A DNA stretch of 64,000 bases from a virus. Below the pieces are notes generated by a model that made no database searches, was not told the origin of the DNA, and worked only from the letters and a program-made list of their open reading frames with translations. Shown here piece by piece: positions 59,401-64,000 of the stretch (positions are counted from its first letter, which is position 1; each line of letters opens with the position of its first letter). Both the position numbers and the translations under genes were made by a program. The stretch is taken from positions 1 to 64,000 of IMG/VR virus record IMGVR_UViG_3300028197_000782; one strand, 5' to 3'.

Positions 59401-61062
59401 TCCTCCACCTGTTGCTTGAGAACTAGTAACTGCAAAAAGTCCACCTCCTATGTCTCTTGCAGAAACCTCGCCGCTACTTGATTGTCCTTTTTTAAATCGG
59501 GCAGTAATTATTCTTCCACCAGTAGTTTCAACACTTAATCCTTTTTGATTAGTCTTCTTCGTTGCTTTACCACCCTTATTCATAGCCTCCAAATTGCTAG
59601 CGCCTAACTTCGCAACGCTATCTTTTTTAATAACAAACTCTCCGGGCATAAGCATGGCAGGAACGGTGTCGCTATTGCCACTACCCGGAACCTGACCTCC
59701 TTTGGCAAATTTCATTACTTTTCCACCCTTACTGAAACCGCCCAGCATACCGCCAACTCCCTTACCCATAGAGCCTAAAAGTTTAATACCGGCGAAAGCA
59801 GTTAGTAAAGGTATGATTGGAGCTAGAGCATCAGCTAGTTTTATCAACGCACTGGCTAGTTTTAAGACAGTATCAGCCATTATTTGGAACGTAGTACTAG
59901 AAGTAACACTTCTAATTAAAGCTAAAAACTCTTCTTTAACTTTAGTAATTTGAATGCCCAAAGCAAGTTGAGCTTTCGCTGCATCAGTAGCTAAACTTCC
60001 AGAACCAGCTTGAGCTACATTTAAAGCAGCCTGAGCTGTAGAAAACTGTTGTAGTAATGGAATGACTTTACCAATTTGTCTAAATCCACCCAACTGTTCA
60101 GCAATTTCAATGAACGTAATATCACCCTGCTCTAGACCTGCTAAGGCAGCACTAAGCTGACGTATAGCTTCAAAGGGTCCAACAAACTTACCTTCTAAGT
60201 CGAGAAGTTCAACTCCAAACTGTTTAAGATATTCAATAGTTTCAGGACGTTGAATACGTGTAAAGATAGTTCTTAAACCAGTAGAAATACTTTCAGCAGA
60301 TTCTCGCGTTGTAGCTCTAACGCTGGTAAATAATGCAATCAATTCATTTAGATCACCACCAGCTGCCTTAAACACACCACCCGTTCTACGAATGACAGCG
60401 ATCAAGTCGCCAGATTCTACAGCGAACTGACCAGCAACCGCATTCAAAGAACCAAGTTGTTCTTCCAGAGCAGCAGCGCCCTGACCAAACTGATTCAAGA
60501 TTGCTACAGCGCCTTCAGCCGTCTGCGTAATATTATCAAACGTAGGAGCTAATTCAGTTTTAGCTAAAGTAGACAACGCTGTTTGAGTGTCTCTGGCAGA
60601 TAAACCCGTCTGAGCTAAGATTCTAGATACACTTAATAACGAAGTAGAAGATACACCTAAAGTAGTAGATAATCGAGTAATAGTATTGGTAAGACCTTGA
60701 AGAGACTCCATGCTCTTACCAGTAACCTGAGAAACTTTAACTAATTCTCTTTCAAAAGCAATAGCTTCTCTAATAGCATTACCCAGCGTGTTAGTAAATA
60801 AACTAACCGCTCTGGTAGCAATAGCCAAGCCAGTAAATCTATTAATATTAGCTTTTAAAGATCCATTTAATTTATTAAACGAACCACTAGCTTGATTAGC
60901 AGATTTAGATACATTATTTAGTTGCTTAGTTGCAGTGCCAGCCTGTTGTACATTTACATTTACACTTACGCCCTTTAATTGTGATTGTATTTGTGATACA
61001 ACCTGACGAACGTTATTTGGTGCTTGTAATTGTAACTCAGCTGTTAGTACGAATTTTGACAT
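53458..61062 (-). CDS. Tail tape measure protein (2534 aa)
   Basis: N-terminal TP901-like TMP core (FERELVKVSQVTG...ISTGLRTIFTRI), Ala-rich helical body, hydrophobic segments, GG.VPG.G..DTVPAML.PGEFV motifs. Confidence 0.9.
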   Translation of the reverse strand: MSKFVLTAELQLQAPNNVRQVVSQIQSQLKGVSVNVNVQQAGTATKQLNNVSKSANQASGSFNKLNGSLKANINRFTGLAIATRAVSLFTNTLGNAIREAIAFERELVKVSQVTGKSMESLQGLTNTITRLSTTLGVSSTSLLSVSRILAQTGLSARDTQTALSTLAKTELAPTFDNITQTAEGAVAILNQFGQGAAALEEQLGSLNAVAGQFAVESGDLIAVIRRTGGVFKAAGGDLNELIALFTSVRATTRESAESISTGLRTIFTRIQRPETIEYLKQFGVELLDLEGKFVGPFEAIRQLSAALAGLEQGDITFIEIAEQLGGFRQIGKVIPLLQQFSTAQAALNVAQAGSGSLATDAAKAQLALGIQITKVKEEFLALIRSVTSSTTFQIMADTVLKLASALIKLADALAPIIPLLTAFAGIKLLGSMGKGVGGMLGGFSKGGKVMKFAKGGQVPGSGNSDTVPAMLMPGEFVIKKDSVAKLGASNLEAMNKGGKATKKTNQKGLSVETTGGRIITARFKKGQSSSGEVSARDIGGGLFAVTSSQATGGGGRALYDAAMQQATKQGGSLVSDRSRVSASALTKIWGTYFNSGRSKDGRPVSKSIVPQAQLYTGSYAKEEDFPSPDPASWKGSAVPLQYSYKQFATVRPDSVAKLGAGNLKATNKGSKATKLARGGQVPVTGDSDGVPAMLGAFSKGGKVMKFARGGSVPGTGNRDTVPAMLMPGEFVIKKDSVAKLGAGNLEAMNKYAAGGIVTRGRHTYGKTAKKARKKQTVQEKLGDEGVGARFQIDGQDISATLKAAGDKNVGDSDLDIGGAFLQPQGVVKNLMATLQAGDTAKLEEPIARGLSNLTSNKTGSPRLRDSEKAEIGKLSRALKIDVQSGSLNTQVAEGFQAGLKNSIAQFASEFATKSFGGTPKFNPSKFSTGYQQANPAQVEGNIFEAFITGLSDQPFNEQRDAANATFDYPLGLGSAAPVFGMDGTRIADAKRTFNEDALGSLAKKGVNKLVEGFRSTVANKLIAEAEAKDAAKEAKGEEHNKFDKNSKLSQNRDKAASKDSLRRKKRAMGSTGPEGPDTVPALLTPGEFVINKKSAQNIGYGKLGQMNKIAKFNKGGPVGSIVQRFENGGGVEGFNTAGINALGESSMISAAGISVLGEISMVATQSMTSLVTAILNTASTQNQLTQANVTQLAALGQITQAEATAATTTLQNNDAKLKALDATNKEIKASLEAAEADKKEAAESIKASKNLKESTGKTKMSMEGMMMSVFALQAAFSMFLPVIDEASGPMDYFLHSVNDMAMQLSMVAMLLSTDFVKSMAKAGLAGLQVAGSFASKLLPSIFGASSSMQAQAVASAAAATSDVAEAGGSAVATTADVVEAGGSAAATATDLGEAVGSAVATTADVAEAGGSFFAMLGNMALGTASLALAGPVALLALPVIAFVAALTAAIAIMYMWSGAVASAAKARKEKAIEKGDVDEAVKQAGTQAEGESGKAAATGMAVGAAAGAIFGPLGIAVGAVIGYFSGDFFIPFDKTKEVLTKTAKAAALQSAAHKALAESSKEATAAMKDFQAGNISAAEALAATSAGTAAVLASRQANIEANTALMKNTRTAASAVGDFMVGLTGFSFGFGTTKQNEDKAQAQIDENNKEQDKLSQEAISQSQPAINALGKQVAATGGDFNTFMAQLQAANPALAELADQDELQKAFDNITKEAERTKAAFDAMNLGFQGINAAASAANLGMSNLVDGFDGSISRMDQTINTLKAGVTNAAQGMEAGVFEEAVNHASSQIERLGGDATKFRENIKAINTAQKFFVSASKSAKDSLVADFKRGAGGPGNAGDRRGAFADAVVGQMDGVGEDVKERILDALKGADIKNEDLDEIMAGNFAVLDKVLADLGDTTLDQVLPALEALAEASDKLAQVQRKRLDLEDELASAVKKQIDVTLEAAEIMAEFGGPQVTPQQQSQAIVDKLNVTGADVGLSQMTSGSADEIRNRNDEIAKKQEEQRITRNEAAAGDKEAQATINSPQFQADEERLQKAAEENYQLTKALIDVKRDEIKVINAKNAAEKKAAEQLLGNDIEGFLDTMAGKGAAAAAAIGDPTLANQFGMSAFGTANKQLEEMQQAGVTSFMGQDIGQVRQNAVGMGLSSAGLAPGVAQGMAEAATGTSPEAEAAKAAARDLASTLPQSTGNLKTATSNMLEAAKIQEREANKQVQKAVDEVEANTPTTTTTPPPTEKFDPATGKPIVNPFTDPVGAAMEQQGLDPTVSSPAAGATPPPDQQAESKPSQMQSEFERIQKQVEGDVQKVFVVNLNEMSSLASSGPSDLTRLREQAASLATSPEQVDSINSMGLDELKKIITAAYATPDTGGVSVAATDQKGVLDSLISGITAPLRAVSDVGDSVTSAITAPFNALTAGLTGAISPLTGAIGPLNTSIQNLSSALGGGLDLSGLDGFGENLAGFNESFKAQVDRLEAMNINITFGAPVDVNVNINGGEALKSITAQAKQEIMAEVSTKLKNLFVGNEPVVQREGTVG
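56826..56995 (-). repeat. Four tandem 14-aa (42-nt) repeats inside the TMP
   Basis: AATSDVAEAGGSAV / ATTADVVEAGGSAA / ATATDLGEAVGSAV / ATTADVAEAGGSFF; CATCAGCTGTAGTAGCAACTGCACTACCT occurs twice, 84 nt apart. Confidence 0.85.
57715..59748 (-). repeat. Dispersed intragenic repeats of the F(A/S)xGG-VPG-DTVPAML-PGEFV-DSVAKLG module in the TMP
   Basis: Near-identical DNA at about 59557-59748 and 58816-59107 (one full plus one rearranged partial copy); diverged copy at about 57715-57850. Confidence 0.85.
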
Positions 61063-61103
61063 ATTTTCTTCCAGTTATGCTCGTACTATCCGACAACTAT
61101 CCA

Positions 61104-61955
61104 CTAATCTGTATTGTTTTTTGGACTACTTTTTTTGGTTATTTTTTTCTTAGGAGTAGCAGGGTGTACATCATCTTCATAGTCTGCCTGAAGAAGCATT
61201 TGCCCCGCTTCACTTAAGAGATTACCTTCTCTGTCTATTCTATCTCCACTATCATTAACCAACCAACCCTTATCATTAACTAAGGTTCCGTCTACATCAA
61301 TTCTATGTCCTTCTTGGTCTACCAAAGAAAGATCGTCATTGACTAAATTAAACTTCTTAAGAAATTGATTTTCAGGCAAGCTTTCCTCATAGGAATTGTC
61401 GAGATTATACATCATTTGACCTAAAGCAGAAGCCGCAGCGAATGCTATTTCGTCATCAGCATTTTCGTCATATTCCTCTAGATTCTTATACACTTTTTGA
61501 TCGTTATCGGTATAGGTACAATTTGCTACTAAAAAATTAAATTTAGCATTTTCAGCTAAACCTTCAGCTGTATTGGATTCAAGTGCAATTTTCTCAGCTA
61601 TTAAATCCCTTAATTGTATGCGTAGTTGACGTATTTCTATGGCTTTTCTTTTGCCTTCAGAAACCTTTAGCTTTCTACCATCCACACCTAGAGCAATCTG
61701 TCTTTCTAGTAATTTAATATTTTCAGTAATAGTATGTTGTTTTTCTTCTTTACTATCATCCCACATTCCGTTTTTCTTCATGAATTCATTCAAGGAAATC
61801 TTAGTAAACAATCCTTCTTTGACTGATTCCGTCCAAATCTTAGCTCCAATTTTTTGAGCTTTATTAATAAGGCTAGCATTAGGTCTTTTTACAACGATTT
61901 TAACTTTGCTACCGTCTACCTTTTCAACTAGAATTTCCTTTTGTTTTTTAGCCAT
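61104..61955 (-). CDS. Putative tail assembly chaperone
   Basis: Directly upstream of the TMP; charged helical protein; GGAGG RBS. Confidence 0.55.
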   Translation of the reverse strand: MAKKQKEILVEKVDGSKVKIVVKRPNASLINKAQKIGAKIWTESVKEGLFTKISLNEFMKKNGMWDDSKEEKQHTITENIKLLERQIALGVDGRKLKVSEGKRKAIEIRQLRIQLRDLIAEKIALESNTAEGLAENAKFNFLVANCTYTDNDQKVYKNLEEYDENADDEIAFAAASALGQMMYNLDNSYEESLPENQFLKKFNLVNDDLSLVDQEGHRIDVDGTLVNDKGWLVNDSGDRIDREGNLLSEAGQMLLQADYEDDVHPATPKKKITKKSSPKNNTD

Positions 61956-62262
61956 GTTGTCCTCCGATTTTGTTAATTGGTAAAGTAACCGTGTTAGTTT
62001 TTAAATTTATATCATACAAATCTATTTCTGTATCTACATTTCTGATTTGATGATTTCCTTTGTCTAAAATTTCTGAACGCAGTGTATTGAATAATTCCTG
62101 CATTTTTTCTGCGTCTTCAGCACCTTCATCCCATAAAAAACTAAATAAATTCTCTACTGAAGAAATAGCTCCAATCATTGTAGTTTGGACTTTTTTCTTA
62201 ATAATTCTTTTTAGTCTTTCTTTAGACTTTATTCTGTGCGTAGGTTTATCTCTAAAACTCAT
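61948..62262 (-). CDS. Hypothetical protein
   Basis: 104-aa ORF coupled to its neighbours. Confidence 0.65.
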   Translation of the reverse strand: MSFRDKPTHRIKSKERLKRIIKKKVQTTMIGAISSVENLFSFLWDEGAEDAEKMQELFNTLRSEILDKGNHQIRNVDTEIDLYDINLKTNTVTLPINKIGGQHG

Positions 62263-63281
62263 TTTTGTTTGTTTCCTTTCTTAAATCCTTCCATTATTTC
62301 TTTTCTATACTCCGCTTGCTTGTCTGAAAATTTATGATGTTCTAGCCTGCCTTCTTTATTAAGCTGTTCTGCTCTTCTTTGTTTAACTGCAAGAGATGAT
62401 TTATCGTTTGAATTAGAAATAGCAGCAGCTTCTTTTTTATTACTAGCCATTATAAATACATTTTCAGAAGATTTAATCTTTTCATTTTTAACAATATCTT
62501 CTGTAGCTTTCTTGTTAGCTTCGGCTTCTCTTTTTCTTCTTTGTGATACAAACCATCCGTCTAGAAAATCATCATCTTCTATTACTTCTTTTGGGGGTGT
62601 GTCCATAGACTCATGTACGCTATCGTAAGTCCTAGACCATAAAACTATATTCCTTTGATTTATTGTAGGTTCTTCGTTTATGAATAATCTAATACCAGAT
62701 TTTTCAGCCATAGACCAAAGAGATCTCCAAGGCTCAGTTCTACAAAGTTCTCTTATTTCTGTGTCAGATAAAATATTTTGTTGATAAGCAACTATCAAAT
62801 CATCTATATTATCATCAATGTCAAATGCGCTTTTAATACAACATTTCTTTACTATAAATAATAGTCTAGACATCTCTGCATATTGTTCAGCAGACTGCAT
62901 GTACATAATATTTTTCTTATGCATCAACGTACCAAGAAGTTTTTCTTGTCTTCTCAAACGTTTTCTGTGTTTTTTTACAAAATCATCATTCAAATATTTT
63001 TCATATAACTCAAGTTTATTATTGTCAATAGATTTTTCAACAGTTTTTACCGCCTCGTCGTCTATATCAGTCCAAGCTTCTGTAACTAGCATGAAAGCTT
63101 CCAATTCCTTACTGTCCATTAATCCGTCTGATCTTGCCTCTTCAAACGCTTCCATATAAGCATCGTAAGAGTCTATCACATCCTGCAACTCAGGAGGTCT
63201 TATCGAAATATTAAAATTTTTTATGTGTACTTTGCCAGATCTTATAGTAGCAACAAGAAACTCCCGCAAGCGTAGATCCAT
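62259..63281 (-). CDS. Hypothetical protein (possible tail chaperone)
   Basis: 340-aa charged helical ORF between the tail tube-like gene and the TMP; GAGG RBS. Confidence 0.6.
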   Translation of the reverse strand: MDLRLREFLVATIRSGKVHIKNFNISIRPPELQDVIDSYDAYMEAFEEARSDGLMDSKELEAFMLVTEAWTDIDDEAVKTVEKSIDNNKLELYEKYLNDDFVKKHRKRLRRQEKLLGTLMHKKNIMYMQSAEQYAEMSRLLFIVKKCCIKSAFDIDDNIDDLIVAYQQNILSDTEIRELCRTEPWRSLWSMAEKSGIRLFINEEPTINQRNIVLWSRTYDSVHESMDTPPKEVIEDDDFLDGWFVSQRRKREAEANKKATEDIVKNEKIKSSENVFIMASNKKEAAAISNSNDKSSLAVKQRRAEQLNKEGRLEHHKFSDKQAEYRKEIMEGFKKGNKQK

Positions 63282-63341
63282 ATTATAAACCTCGATTACG
63301 GGAGTTCAATTGTTTCCTTTAAAATCCAAATACATTATTTA

Positions 63342-64000
63342 TTACTCAGCATTACAGGCATTGTCTATAGCAGTCCACTCCGTATTAATACCTACACTGT
63401 AACTGTTATATCCGACATAGGAATCGGTGATTGTTTGATTGCCACCACCAGCGTCTCCACCAGATTTAGATGTACCCGTCCAATTCATAGTACCAAACGT
63501 AAATGTTCTATTGCCAGCCTTAATGCTAGCATTCGTTAGTTTACCACCAATATCACATTTATTTTCACCAGTATTTGGGTCTAATCTTTCATTGAAGTTA
63601 AAACCCTTTGACTGTTTATCAGCAATTGACTCTAATTCTAGAGTAGTTTCTACAGGAAAACCAGCTGCTTTAAAGTATGGGAATTTATTACCAAGTTGCA
63701 ATAAATCTTCTCTATCAAAGCTAACTGAGAAGCTTAGACTTTGGAGACCACCCAAACCAAACGAAGCACTAGTGAGATGTTTTCTCTGAATAATTCCAGA
63801 AGCTGACGAATCTGGACCGACATCATTTGAAAGAATACCGCTCTCGTAAGTACCCTTCGATGGCAATTTGAGGAGGCCGCTTTGCCATTCGCAACTGTTT
63901 CCTACCAATGTAACACTTTCAGTTGCTGGACCTTCAACGCCAATATTTAGGCTGTAATTAGATAAATACATACCAGTAGCTGATACAGAACCATGAGAGT
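63342..64000 (-). CDS. Putative tail tube protein, 5' end beyond the window
   Basis: Frame is open to the window edge; beta-rich LQSLSFSVSFDREDLLQLG..FPVETTLELE; canonical position upstream of chaperones and TMP. Confidence 0.55.
   Translation of the reverse strand, partial: SHGSVSATGMYLSNYSLNIGVEGPATESVTLVGNSCEWQSGLLKLPSKGTYESGILSNDVGPDSSASGIIQRKHLTSASFGLGGLQSLSFSVSFDREDLLQLGNKFPYFKAAGFPVETTLELESIADKQSKGFNFNERLDPNTGENKCDIGGKLTNASIKAGNRTFTFGTMNWTGTSKSGGDAGGGNQTITDSYVGYNSYSVGINTEWTAIDNACNAE

Noticed and set aside
61063-63341. Programmed frameshift in tail assembly chaperones
   Set aside because: The ORFs have their own RBS and starts, and I could not identify a convincing slippery site at an ORF end.
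29820-63789. Numerous short + strand ORFs opposite the structural genes (and - strand ORFs opposite the replication arm)
   Set aside because: These are antisense shadows of long genes, without RBS or recognisable motifs.
1-64000. Alternative genetic code (stop-codon reassignment)
   Set aside because: Genes are full-length and densely packed in the standard code, and TAA, TAG and TGA all occur at sensible gene ends.

Overview
The whole window is a segment of a large, AT-rich, tailed dsDNA phage genome in the standard genetic code. Its host is most likely a planctomycete, because it carries a prepilin-type DUF1559/H-X9-DG gene. Two arms converge on a GNRA-loop terminator at about 29.55 kb. The + arm (1-29.5 kb) encodes nucleotide metabolism (class II RNR, dUTPase, dNMP kinase, PhoH), recombination and replication (RecA, DnaB, DnaG, Cas4-like nuclease, SSB, a DnaE split into two genes around a DEDDh exonuclease), free-standing endonucleases and a large glycosyltransferase cluster. 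The - arm (29.6-64 kb) is a tail module: tail tube-like protein, chaperone-like genes, a 2534-aa tape measure protein, a 4080-aa FG-GAP/LamG-like protein and other large virion proteins. The most striking unannotated signal is a ~60-66 nt structured RNA element present five times in + arm intergenic gaps (2882, 5887, 7216, 15905, 29489). It has a fixed architecture: a covarying P1, a conserved GCYAAG/CUURNGC stem, a fixed 11-nt UG-N6-CAA linker and a covarying loop-tail pseudoknot. I cannot assign it to a known family. Other highlights are the intein-less split DnaE and a tape measure protein carrying GNAT-like and PD-(D/E)XK-like cargo between repeated DTVPAML-PGEFV modules. No tRNA, rRNA or CRISPR array was seen. 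All assignments are by-eye motif recognition; no database searches were run.
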